Shown: positions 1-13,324, counted from the stretch's first letter. The stretch: DNA of 64,000 nt from Owenia fusiformis (GCA_903813345.2 CAIIXF020000001.1:20832001-20896000), one strand, 5' to 3'. Notes: a model not told the origin generated them from the letters alone. A program made the numbers and translations.

Positions 1-3000
1 TTCCATCTCCCATTGTGTCTGGCGCAAGGCACCTATCAAATATCTGTAACCAAAGCAAACGAATTATTAATCACTTAAAATTTCACTATCAAAATCACAT
101 TTCAAAATAATGCTGTCTGTGATACAATACCTGGAAACCTGTATAAAACTTTGCCATAGCAAATGGGCTGATTTGATTTTACACCAAAGGGTATTTCACC
201 CAATACAATATAAACCTGAATGTTCAAAAATATTACACCAACAATTAAGGGGCTGATCTCCTCCCCCCATGATCTCGGAAATGAATAATCATACAAGGGT
301 GTATTAGGTATCATTGGAAAGGATAATCAATTCCCAGTATTTTGAGCCTACTTCTAAGTATATTGAGCCATAATTGATGAAGAAATTCACATTCTAAGAA
401 CATATCGGTTTATCATTGCAAGTCAAAATGTTTAAGGATTAAATGATTCATCAATACATTTGTTCTTACCTCTTCACATATAATGGAGGGAGTTTTGCGT
501 TTCTTCTCATCTTGCAGTCGTTGTTTGACAAAATCAACAACTTCTTGACTAGTTAGACAGTTCCTGGAATATAATAACACTTAAATAATATTTGTATATA
601 TTTAATCACTGACATGTAGAAAACACTCATTTCAGTGGAGTTCTGAAAAGCAAAATACATGTAAACATATTACTGTATTCTAAAGCAAGTAAGTAGTCTA
701 GTTTGAGATCATGATGGGACAATGGCAAGATATAGTAGAAGTCTGTATTATATGATCATAGTACATCTCATAATAACAATGTTCAACTTTTGAATGAATT
801 TTTAATTTTCAAAGGATGAGAAATGAATTCCAACATTTCAATTCATTTCAATGGATATGGTAAATATATCATAATTTCATTTGTAGTACAATGTACATGT
901 AATATGGTGTGCATGAAAGTACTTTATTTATAAGAAACTACTCAATATTGTTCTTATACTTAGTTTGTATATCATTTGACCGATGAAATACACCCTGGTA
1001 AAATGGATCAGTTTCTTGAGCCATTAAGTAGATGAGTATACATGTATTATAGATTACCCTACGAGCTTGAGCATGTTTTGAAAGGTGACTTCACTTTTGA
1101 AGATGTTTTTGAAGGTAGGGCACAACAAAGTTGTCTTATAATTGGCATCTGTTGTCTTCAATAATGATTTGCACATTTTAATAAGTTGGGATACAATAAT
1201 TGTGTCCCAAATTAATAAAATATCAAATATATGGATATAGTGTCTAAAAAGAAATATATGATCATAGTATAACTATTACATGTATATCAAACAACAGCCT
1301 ACCATATTCCATCACATGCCAGCACCAAGAATTCATCTCCTTCCTCTAGTTTGGTGGATTTCACATCAGGAAGTGCAGTGATCATTTGATCCTTTAGAGC
1401 TATGTCTTTGGTAGTCTTGTAAGCATGGTCACCTGAAGTATTATAAGTAGAATACACTTAGAGTGAAACCAATGCATCTATCATTTCTATGGTAGATCTC
1501 AGAATAAAGTTACAATTCATTTTAAATCAACAGGAAGTACTGCATATCAATGTAACTACAGTGATCTCCCCAGGATTTTTACTCAAGTGGGTGCAAAATT
1601 CTCATTTTCACAATTCAGACCAAAATTGGTCAAAATATTGGTCAAATATTTCATGATTTTCTTATATTTAAGTAGGTGCAAATGGATTTTCAGGTGGATG
1701 CAAGGCTGTTTTCAAAATCTCAGGAGGGTGCTGCGCCCACTTGCTTTAATGCTGGGGAGACCACTGAACTAGATAGCAGAAACTAAAATGTTATACATTC
1801 CAACAAACAACACTATTTTCTCTATTTTCAAGCACTGATGGACTTAATTTATATGTTTTATGATATACTCGTATTATTTAATAGATTTATTCTAATAAAA
1901 AAAGAAACCTTTAACGATGAATGGACCCCTTGGACTTGGTGAGGTTTTCACTAAAAGAGGGTTTTCTGTACATGGGCAATTTATACATACATACCTATAG
2001 CTCTTGAGAGGTTCAGATTTCCATTGACCCTCCCATCAGGAGTCACTTCTCCCCCTGCCGCGTGAATTCGTTTCAACTCAATCTCATCTTCGGGTTTATG
2101 ATCAAATGACATCTCCATGGCAACACCATTGCGACTCAGGACACACCGAGAATCACCAGCATTTGCAACATAAAGCTCATTGTCTTTGATGAGAGCTAAC
2201 ACTGCTGTACAACCACTGTCACTGCCAGGCTGAAATTCAGCAGATGAACAATCATGAGTCAGATATCATTGCCATCTGGGGTCCTCGGAGTCAAAATATG
2301 CTTCTCCCTTTGTTAAACCAATTGACTCCATCTAATTCGTTTATAACATGGCAATATTTCTGTTGGTACAAGGAAATACTGTTTCATAATGGAACACTTA
2401 GATCTTATTTAAAATTGGCTTCAGATATGAGTCATAAAAGATAGATCTGTTCACCTCTTCACTTGCACATTCTGTTTCTTCTAGCTCATCATCATCATCC
2501 TCATCTTCGTCCTCCTTGTCTTCAGCCCCATCTTCTTCCTCATCCTCTTCATCACTGTTAAGTTCAACAATTCATTCTTGATGTAACATTTATTTATTTT
2601 TATATAGCTAAGCAAGCATTGCTACCATTGACCAATCAAAAGCAGTATAACTATGTATGGCTTGAATATTAACACCTAATTTTGTAATTCGCTTGCAAAT
2701 GTGACGAGGCAAAATATTACCAATTTTTTAAATAAAAAATGCTCTAATTGACATTTTTGCAATAGATAGACATCATTTACAGTTGGTTCAGAATTGATCA
2801 ACAATATTGAACATATCAGCCTATTTATTAGCTTCTTAAAGCAATTCCATGATCCAAAAGTGAAGGTCAGACCGTGACCTGTCGCATTGAAAGGTGAATG
2901 GTCAAACTTCATGATCCTCTCTTATAAAGGTTTAACATATATGTGTTCTTCGAAGGAAGCTCATAGATTGTGACTATGATATTTTCAAAGACCTATTAAT

Positions 3001-6000
3001 TATAATTTACCTTTCTTCCTCCTCTTGCCCTTCTACATATTCATCATCACTGTCTTCTTCAGAATCTTCATCTGCTATATCATCTATTGACTTGAAGGTT
3101 GTCCCTGCCAATGCAATATTGGATCCAGATCCACCACTCTGAAACATTTACAGATACATCCATTTTATGTCTTCGTCTATTTTCATCTTGTGGATAAGTC
3201 GATCTTATTGATGAAAACTAATCTATGAAGGCTCAGACCACCTCCCCTATGTTTGTTAAATCTCGTCAATTAATGTTTCAAGTTATCTATAACGATATGG
3301 TATTCTACCAATACATAATAAATAGTTTCTAAATGCTGCGTTTATTGCTATGCTATGTTCAAGAGGAGGAAATACCCCCATGTTAAGTTCATCTATGATT
3401 TCTGGGCTATTCTCCCTCTTTTCAGTATCTGTACTTACTGAACTTCCACTTGAGGTACTGCTTGGTTTTGTTTCATTCTTTTCAGATGGTTTTTCACCTG
3501 CCTTAGATTCTGCTACGGTATCTGGTGTTACATCTTCTGTCTTTTCTGATGATGTGTTTACAGTGTCTGTTTCACTATTTATAGTTTCAGATTTTTCTAT
3601 AGTGTCTTTCTTATCTGAAGTGTCCATATTATTTTTCAAAATATCCATTTGTTTAAATCTTTCTGCTTTAATTTCTGCCTCAGTTTTTGTTTCTTCTTCA
3701 GCTGTGCCATCAGCACATTCTTTTTCTTTATTATCTGAAGTGTCCATATTTTTTTCTTCACCGTCTTTGACATTCAATGTAGTGTCATTACTTGCACCTT
3801 TTTTCAAATCCTCTTTCATTTGTTTAATCATTTGTTCAGCACTTTCTCTTTTAATTTCAGCCTCAGTTTTTGTTTCCTCTTTAACTGTGCCATCAGCACG
3901 TTCTTTTTCAATATTTTGGTTGTTTTCATTATCAGCGTGTCCATTTGCCAACTGGGCATCAAGGTTGATTTTGATTTCATCACCATTTCCATTTACTGAA
4001 TTTCCATTTACTGAATTCCCATTAGAAGTACATTTCTTTGATTTTTTGCCTACACCTTTCTTGCCTTTCAACATGGGAGATAACACATCTGGTTTTTCTT
4101 TGATAGCATCAACCTTTGACGGAGGGCCATCGGTCCCATATTTGGCAAGTAAATCTTCTATAGGCATTGTTGCTTCCTCAACCAGCTCAGCAGCTTCTTC
4201 TCGTTCCTCTGAAACAGTAAAACAATGTAAAAATCCATTTCCAAACATGTGAGCTAATAACAACATATAAAAAATATATTTCCATTTTAAGATGTGTAAG
4301 CTTTGAAGAAACTTTGCACTGCACTCGATTAAAATAACAAAATGAAAAAGTGGGAAATGAACTGAAAGAACAATGCATCAAGTTAAAAAACTGGTAAATC
4401 ATAATTGCTATTTATACAGACATGGTAATCATATAATAAAGTTAAGATATTTTGGGGGACACATATAAAGTTAAGTTGCTCTTATATGCATCAAGTATTG
4501 AAGAACATCGAAAGGATTGTCCTATTAAGTAATTATTAATACATGTAGTTTATTGACCTCAGGGTAATATTTTACAATTATTTCCTATAAACTTACCATC
4601 TGCATCACCATCATCATCTAACTGTGCAATCTGTTTAAGTTCATGCACAACCTCCTCCCGTGTTAGTGTCTCGTCAAACTTCAGGAAAGCATCCTCCAAG
4701 GCTTGTGAGATATTGCCTTCTTTATATGATTGGAGTTCCTTGAGGAAGTCTGGCAAATGTGATGAACAGTACTGCGCAACTTCACTTCCTAAAAATATAA
4801 GTCATTAGTGCTTAGCACATAAGGTCACTAAGAGACAAAACTGAAACTTTTGTAACCAAAATAAAATAGATGATTTGACACACAGATTTATAATATGCAA
4901 CTTTGTACATCCATTATGGGATTTCATAGGGAACAATTTTGATATACATGTATGTTTAGAGATAAAAATTAATTTAAAAGTCATGATTTTGGAACATACA
5001 TTATGTGGCTATTTAGTATTTAGTCTTGAACAGGTTGTTGCATTTAGGCTTGTCACTTTTGTAAATGTGTTGTGTATAATTTTTTTTTTCAAATGTAGAT
5101 AATGTATGTTATTTTTGGGGGAAGGGGTGCAGGTACATGCCCCCTTGGAAATTATTTCGAAGATGCTGTTTGATTCAATCTGAGGGGTTCCAGTTAGACA
5201 TTACTTTTGAACTTTGAGAGTAACTCCCATTGTAGATCTACAGTTTCTACTGTTACTTAAGAATGTATCTTCTCATTCTCACCTTTTAAATGTTTTATGT
5301 TAACACAAATGATCAGAAGAAGAGAGTAGCTCCCATTATACTATCATATTCTTTCGTATTCGTAACCATCCCATATGGTCATACAAACCGTATATGGATC
5401 TAGCACATGGGTACCACGTGATCGACTACGAAGGCTGAACTTTGGGAAATCTCCTCCTGACAAATGATTATACAGTTCACACTATTCTCTTTTCTTACTA
5501 TTTTCTAATTTAAATTCTTATACCAAAAAAATTATTATCATACCAAAGTTGAATTGTTTTTGAGGGAATATTTTATTTTCTCTTTGTAGTCACACTCATT
5601 AGGGTTTATCTACTTATCACACCGGAATAGCCTGACAGCAGTAAAGTCAGATACCGTTGTCACAAATGGTGGACATAACCGTCGCTTCAATTAGATTTTT
5701 CATGAACTGTATGTTTAGTAGAGCATCTAGACTAAATTCCTTTGGAACGACAATCACTCAAAGTGTCTTTTAAACTCATTGTACACTTAATACTCCTATT
5801 CGCGATAAGAGTTCAGGTGCTAATTTACATAAATATCTCCCATGATGCATCGCTTTGGAAGGGACAAATTTTCATTGGCCCGCCGAACGAGTCGATTACT
5901 CTGAACGTTTCTCAGCTTCTGATCTTCCATCAGCCCTCAAGCATAGTTATATAATCCAATCTATTCAATAATCAGAAAGATAATCGGAGATTCAAAGTGA

Positions 6001-8600
6001 CATTATTTATATTTTTTCTATCTTCGATGGCGTCTGAGCAATTTCTTGGATATCAGTGACGTCACTTGAATTGGACGGCATTTTCAACTACAGATTTCTT
6101 CGGATTTGGGGATAATAGTTCAAAAAGCTTTGTCATATATCTTAATTGCATACATACCTATCGTTTGTGCAAATGAAACTCTACATAAATGTTTAATAGA
6201 GTCGCAGTGCGGCATCGAAAATAGCACCCCTGTGTAATCCAATGGGAAAGAACCCGGATGTAGACGAAGTTGTACCATACATGAGAGCTCTTCAAACGGG
6301 AAGTAGCTAAACTGAACGAAATTAAACGTTATCGCGTATTGGTATATTATATTACCATGCTACCATCGAAATAAAGTCTATAACAACCGTTAAAAGGAGA
6401 TTCTGAAAAATCAGAATGATTAACTCCATGTACAACCAAAACAAGCATCACTGTACCTCCATGTCCATCGTAAACAGCAAACAGAGATGTCTTTCTTTCA
6501 GGGTCAAAGGTCATGCAAGCATTGTGGGCATCCTGAAAATAAACAGAAAACTAATTTTGGCCATGTACATGTACTTGTCAAATTCTTGGGTTTATACTGT
6601 AGTCTTGCTTCAAGACCCTGGACACCCCACTTATCTACTTTACAACAGGGTCTTGAAATGACAGAGGTTCTCTCACTGATGTTAATTATTTATGCAAGAT
6701 GCATCATTGAATTCAAGGTATTATAACATACCTTGGATTCAAAAACTTATTTTTGTCTCCTGTTGGTATGTGTTGTGTTATGCCACTGATAATCACCATG
6801 GAACCAATCAAGTGTCTACATATTTGTTTGCCAGCAATCACAGTTTATAAATTCTCATTTTATGGTCCTTAATGGGCTCACCTGTTTTCAATCACACTGG
6901 TATCAGTGGACCTTTATCTTTCAACAAACAAACCATCTGACTGGTGGTTGCATGGTTTGTGTACAATCAGATAATTTGTTTGTTTTATCTATGATCTCAT
7001 TGGTTCCATTCTATTTAGATTCATTTTGAACCATAGTTATTGGATTTTAAAGGCCTACTAATGAGGTTGACAGTTCAGCCTCTATTTACCTAACACATAA
7101 GAATTAGCATAATGTAGGGTTAAAAAGATGACTTCATCTAAATACTCTTCTTGCAGCAAGAATGTCTCTGACAAAATAATAGGATTTATGGCAGGGATTT
7201 CAGCCACAGATTCCAGAGGTATGAATACTCTATACCTTGATGATCCAAGATGGGGTGTCTATTGAAAGATCCTTTGAATTGATGTTTATCTTAAATATCA
7301 TTACAAGGTTTTGTGACATATATCTTTGCTTTGAATTTTTGCAACATAGCTTGCCACCTGTTGAAGATGTAGAATTGTACGCTTCAAACTCAGCTATTTA
7401 CTCGCCTATTCTCAAAAAATGATGGACAAACAGCAGTATTCTCTGCTTGTTTTGAACAGATACAAACAAAGTAAAACCATGCCCATTTCAGCATTTTTGT
7501 CTTAATTATTAGGCGATCAGATTTGAAGGGGAATCCATTTCATTGTACGATAAGATACCATGATGAAAACATCATCAGAGAGGGCCATTCTCTCATTGGC
7601 TTTTAATTATGCAGGCTACCTATTTTAAAGTCTACCTGAATAACCTGATCTGTAAGATAGTATAGGTCGCTTATAGTCAGAGCAATAAATAAATGGATAG
7701 TCGATTTCCATCACCACTTCCAAACCATGGTGATCTGAAAGCTATATACAATTGTCATTCATGTACAACATGTACAATATGAATATACTTTTCTTTACAT
7801 TATTGCACAATGGTCTCCTATATCTTGGGGTTTTACTGACGCAATAAAACAGTGAAATGGGCTGTATCTAGTTTTTAACATGGGCTAACATGGGAAATGT
7901 TCACTTCAGCAATTCCACTACTCATTTTAATATTTATGGCTCTAAGACTGTGGATAATCGAAACAGCTGAAACTGAATTACTGAATTCAGCTGCTTACTT
8001 TCAGCTTCATATCTGCAAATGTTTCCTACATCTCCATATACCGTTTGTCTGAAAGTTATCAGCTGCTTCTGTGTGGATCATGACTTGTTTTTTCCCTGAA
8101 CAATGTACATTTTCTTCGAGAAATCATATAGCGGTTTTGACATAAAATTTATAAAGTAGCATCTGGAAATCAGAGATTTCAAACGCAACTTCGTAAGTGA
8201 CAGTTTCACCTATTACTATTCTCTAGCGGCCCACAGGGTACGAGCAATGGCTATGGTACATGTAAAGGTCGATTATGAAAATGTCTGACAAAAACTCATA
8301 CAGATAAAGGTTTCATCATGTACAGGATGCAAACTGCAGAGAATCACAGTGAGCTACTTACATTGTTCATATGGTTTATCTCAGAGAGAAAAACAAACTA
8401 CACCTGAGGCTAAACCATATGAAGTAAAAATAGCTCAGTGCACAGAATTCTCAGAGGAAAGAAACAATGAAGAATGAATGAAAAATTACCTCTTGAGCTA
8501 TTCGCCATCCCTGCATCGAGGAAGCGCCATAGGACATAGTCTCGCCCTCGTAGTCGTCAGACACCTTCTCAACATTTGGAACAGACAGGTAGGCACCCAT
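1..8600 (-). CDS. PPM1G: Protein phosphatase 1G (PP2C-gamma), multi-exon, 3' end beyond the window's left edge
   Basis: Exons on minus: 8600-8490 ([12 protein letters not shown]...[11 protein letters not shown]), 6532-6457 (DAHN...FAVYDGHG), 4788-4597, 4208-3439 (alternative donor 3376; [15 protein letters not shown] plus long K/E-rich insert), 3138-3011 and 2554-2455 (acidic), 2229-1995 (PGSDSGCTA...NAGDSR...DHKPED...[13 protein letters not shown]), 1432-1303 (DH...LACDGIW), 563-470, 43-1 ([10 protein letters not shown]). All introns GT-AG with consistent phases. The MGAYLS N-terminus and the acidic insert inside the PP2C domain are typical of PPM1G. Confidence 0.95.
1559..1766. mobile_element. 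MITE with CAG...CTG terminal inverted repeats and 5-bp TSD, in a PPM1G intron
   Basis: Left end CAGTGATCTCCCCAG, right end CTGGGGAGACCACTG; AACTA directly flanks both ends (1554-1558, 1767-1771). Confidence 0.85.
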
Positions 8601-8639
8601 CTTTCAAAATCTCATGCAATGAAATCAGTAAAGTGTGAT

Positions 8640-8710
8640 GAAAACAGAGGAAAATCAAACACGTGTGACTTTGGCGGTATAAATTTTTTATCACGTGACC
8701 AAATATAAAA
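8640..8710 (-). promoter_or_regulatory. Probable PPM1G proximal promoter with two CACGTG E-boxes
   Basis: ACACGTGT near 8659 and TCACGTGAC near 8691, 60-100 bp upstream of the ATG at 8600. Motif match only. Confidence 0.4.
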
Positions 8711-10210
8711 ATCATTGATTGATAGAAGAGCGACAAACAATTCTAAATTTATAATAAAATCTAGAGTTTCTATTGATGCAATTTAAATTGAAAAACTTAT
8801 AAAATTATTAAGTATTCAACGAATAGGTATATGCCCATGTTTGTTACTTCGTCATTGCGCAAAACAATTATTTGATATTAAGAGATCTCCAAGGGAGTGA
8901 AAATAACAGCAATATGTTGAAAATGTAAAGACATACGAAATCACTATATTATTCACTGACAATGGGTTTTCAGCATATACCAAAAAATTTATTTTCGTCT
9001 TTTATTTGTTTTATAGTTTAATTAAATCAATAAAATATATTCATTTGTCAAACTTTAGATTTTATAGATTTATTTCGATTAGCAGAAAGTTTGTCATTTC
9101 AACACTATTTTTATTTCTCTTCATATTTTCATAATTTTCTAAAGTTTTATCATTTATATGCGATAATGAACAAGCTTAATACAAGTTATGGATACCGGAA
9201 CAACAAAAGGTACATCTGTTACTCGAGTCTCTAGCCAATACTTGGCTAGAGGGGATTTCATCTGAATACTGTGAACTCTATTTGAAAAAAGTATGCCGGG
9301 GTGTCATAAATTTATTGAATATTTTAAAAATCGCCAGATAAATAAATCATTAATCAAACCGGACCCAGCTCAAATCCTTGATGAGATATGACATGATTTC
9401 ATCAGGATTTCGTCTAAAATTAAAACAAAATGGCTCCAAGAAAAATGGCGATGTTCGAAAACTGGACGAAATGTCGTTAACGTCTGACATTAGTAACCGG
9501 CTGTAAATTCTAAGTTAGCGATTCAGAAGATGTGAACTAATACACTGATCACTTTATGTGTGTTTTGGGATTTTTGGTGAGGTAATAAGACCAAAACTCG
9601 CAATTCAAATTGTGATGTGGAAAAATGGCGGACATATGATTTCAAATTTTATGATTACGACATGACCAGTTGTACATGCAGGAATATACCTGTACTGGAA
9701 GGCCACGATACAGTGGCCTTAGAAGAAGGTAATACATCTGAAGTTTATTGTTCACTTGAAATTTATTCCTATGACTTTTAGTAAATTATTCATCCTGTAA
9801 ATTATTTTAAAGTAATAACTCAATTATCGCCCACTAAAAATGTAATGGGGGCCAAAAAATATAGATTGAATTCTAAGATCTAATTTTTTATTTCCGAAAC
9901 TAGTTCATATGGTTAAAATAAGGAAATTTTGTGATGTAACCACGTGTCTACTTACCAGTATGTTCTACGTCATCTATCAGACTATGTTATATTGTGAAAC
10001 TCAGCTAAACACGACACTGAATGCAACAACATATCGATATTGATCTTAGCAGAAATTGTTGAAATTCAGATCGTCCATTTTGCCAGTCACTTGTCTGATC
10101 ATGTGTCTAGTTACTAGTTGATATAATGTGACTTGTGATGTGTCACTCAACCATGTCTTCAAAGAAAGATATTAATTTATTAGATTTAGAAAATGGTTTT
10201 CGGACATCTA

Positions 10211-10833
10211 GGGGAAGTGGTCCTAATTATCGCTCGGTCCTAATTATCGCACGATTGTCCTAAATAGCTAAAATATACACCCACCATCTTTTAAACCAGT
10301 GTTACGAAAAACAGTTCAACACCATTACTCCCAATCTTCATGATTTATTCATATATTTAGAAATATCTCTTCATTTTTTGAGAATTGTTTACTTCCACTA
10401 TTATCATGTATGCTATTGCGCAAAAAGTGAAATTCGTCTGACAAAGTTTGACCCTCCTCCAAATAAAGACAGAAAAGTTATTGTATAATGGATATTTTGT
10501 TGATATTTTACACTAAAACTGATTGAAAAATGATTATAGCATATGTATGTATCTGTTATAAACAGAGAAATGTATACAGTATCGTGAAATGATATCTGAA
10601 ACACAACTATGCGATAATTAGGACGACTGCGCGATAATTAGGACCACCACACATGCGAGTCCAAGGGGTCTTAAAGTGTTAGCGTTCGGAGATTGAGAAA
10701 TGTCAAACACTACTTAAATTTTAGAAGAAAGGTTGATCTTTCATCTCATATTCTCAAAGTAAGTTGAAGTTATCATATTTGAAATCGTCAGTAGTTTTCC
10801 AGAGTACCCGTGCGGTGATAAGACCATTTCCCC
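10211..10833. mobile_element. Non-autonomous Tc1/mariner(pogo)-type DNA transposon
   Basis: TA|GGGGAAGTGGTCC... at the left end and ...GACCATTTCCCC|TA at the right end. Repeated subterminal motif GTCCTAATTATCGC near 10220-10250 with inverted copies near 10611-10645. Confidence 0.7.
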
Positions 10834-11738
10834 TACTGCTGAATACAGAAGAAAATATTCCAAGATAGCGATGTCAAATATTATAAGAAGGGCTGCTGAA
10901 GCTACTGACTATTTAAAATCAACTTTATTCAAGATATTACGTTCGCTACTTTGTTCAATTCCGGAAATCTCCAAGGTGCTACAAATAGGAAATTATTTCG
11001 ATTTATATTTTATAACCTCAGAATACTGCCTTCAGTGTCGTGTTTAACTGAGTTTTACAATGTAACATAGTCCGATAGATGACATAGAACATACTGGTAA
11101 GTATATACATGGTTACATCACAACATTTCTTTATTCCAACCATATGAACTGGTTTCCGAAATAAAAATTAGACCGTTATGCCAGCCATTACCACCATAGG
11201 CCAAGGGAAAGTAGTATTAATGAAGATCTTCCATGTTGAGGTTGTACTACTTTCCTTTAGCCTATGGCCATTACAGGCCCATCTTTGGATAATGTTGATA
11301 TTGCAATTCCATGATGTAGGCATCCAAATGTCCCAAAATTTATGTATTTGTCATGCATTTGCTGTTGATATTGAATGATAAAAAATGAACACTGAAAATG
11401 AGTGCCGAAAAAAATGAACGCAGTTCTTTTCGGAATTTTCATGTGAATTGCGCATTATATCATGCATTTGCTTTGAATATTCTTGTTACCCCCTTTATAT
11501 ACCTCCTATAATTTATCTTATTTCCAGATGTAGGACCTGGTAAACGGAAAGCTGATGATGTTGAAGTTGAAAAGTCAGTACCAACCACAGAGACAAAAGC
11601 TAACAAACGTGTTGTACAGGATGGTTACTCGTGGTGGACATGTATGATGTATGATATGCCCATGGAGAAAACAAAACCACACAGTGTACCTAAGACTAAT
11701 CAACAGAACGGAAATAAAGACTAGATATACAAAGTTAT

Positions 11739-13324
11739 ATGGAGTTTGAAAGTAAAATAAGTGTCAAAGAAGAGGAATTAGGTTCCCAAAATGTCCTGTG
11801 GGTACCATCTTCAGTTATTACTAGTATTGCAGCACAATCATCAAATGTTGATACATCTGATGATTTAAAGTGTGAAACTACAAATCAAAATATTGTGAAT
11901 AATGTTGTGGATTATGACTTACCAGATCCCCCTGAAGAGCCTCTACAGTCAGACTGCTGTGGAACTGGTTGTTCCCCTTGTGTTTTTGACATTTATGATC
12001 AGGACATGAAACTCTGGGAAAAACAGTGCCAAAGGATTAAATCAGGAGAAAAAACTGCTTGCTTCAAAAATGTAAGTTCAATTTAAATACTGTGCAAACA
12101 TGAAATCAGTTATTTTTTCCATCATTGTAAGTGCACCCACCTGAAACCCATTTGGTCTCCTTCCTCATTGAAAAGTGTGAAAAATATACAAGTAACAAGA
12201 AACAGAATTGTGAAGAGAATTTAGCACATAAATTCTGAGAAGACGTAAATTATACCTTTTCATTGCAACAATCTCTCTGCACAGTGTTTACAAGTAGTTG
12301 TGGTGGAACTCACCAAACTATTTACAAAAATGGCACCATTTCAATAACAAAATGGGCCAAAGGTACGACCATCAAGTTTTCATTAAAATCATCAATATAA
12401 TTCCTCACTTTTGTTATGTAAACAGAACATTAAAAACAGGAAACATCTGCACTTTTAATTGTTCAGTTAACAAAACAATATTGAGGATCTGTTTTGGTTA
12501 TTCTAAGATTGTGAAGATTCTACCTGCAACTCTTGAAATCATGGAATCTGAGAATGCTCCATTTTGTTAATAAAACTGATTCGTTTTCACAACCAGAATT
12601 CCATCACATCACGGTGCTTTAGAATTTGAACATTGTTAAGCACCTGTTGAAAATTCATTTGCACATACATGTACCTAATAGTATTGGGTTGTGATATTTT
12701 GACATTTTTTGATATTTTCTATTTGGTTCACTAATGCACATGATTGAGGTAACAACTATTGGATTATACTGCCATGTATGCTACACATGTCTTCACATAC
12801 ACAATAGATTTAGGATTCTATTTCCAGACTCATCCAGTTATTTCTACCTCAACGTATACTCCATTTACAATAGAAAGTATCCACCGAGAAAGTCATGATT
12901 CATTCATATACAGATTCCCACTTCCTCAGAATACATCTCTTGGACTTACTGTTGGACAGCACATTATACTCAGGTAAGGAGAGTCATCCTTTTTCAGCAA
13001 ATTGAAATTAGAAAATGATCAAATCAAAATTGTATATGGGTTATGGGATGCTTTTTAAAGGAATATTCCTTTCAAGGTACTATCGCTTGTCACTCATCTG
13101 TTCAATCACATATGATAATGACATTTCATAAAAAGTTGACTGCTTTTTTCAATGAATGAATGAAATTCTTTGTTTCTAGCAAAACTGTACCACACTCCTT
13201 GGGGTCAGGCCCGTAAGACACTTTTTTCCAAGGGGGGTGCGGTTTTAACTAAAGAGAAAATAAAGTTGTCAATTTTTTGCCCCGTAAATCAAATTGCGGA
13301 AGTCAAAGGGGGGGGGGGGGTCAG

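Noticed and set aside
3350..4252. 300-aa Ser/Phe-rich ORF on the plus strand
   Set aside because: Antisense shadow of the Glu/Lys-rich PPM1G exon; no independent coding evidence.
5340..6385. CpG-enriched ~1-kb segment in PPM1G intron 2, possibly an old transposon
   Set aside because: I could not identify convincing termini, a TSD or a coding remnant.
10871..11047. 58-aa ORF (MSNIIRRAAEA...) upstream of CYB5RL
   Set aside because: Overlaps the probable promoter, has no recognisable motif and does not connect in frame to downstream exons.
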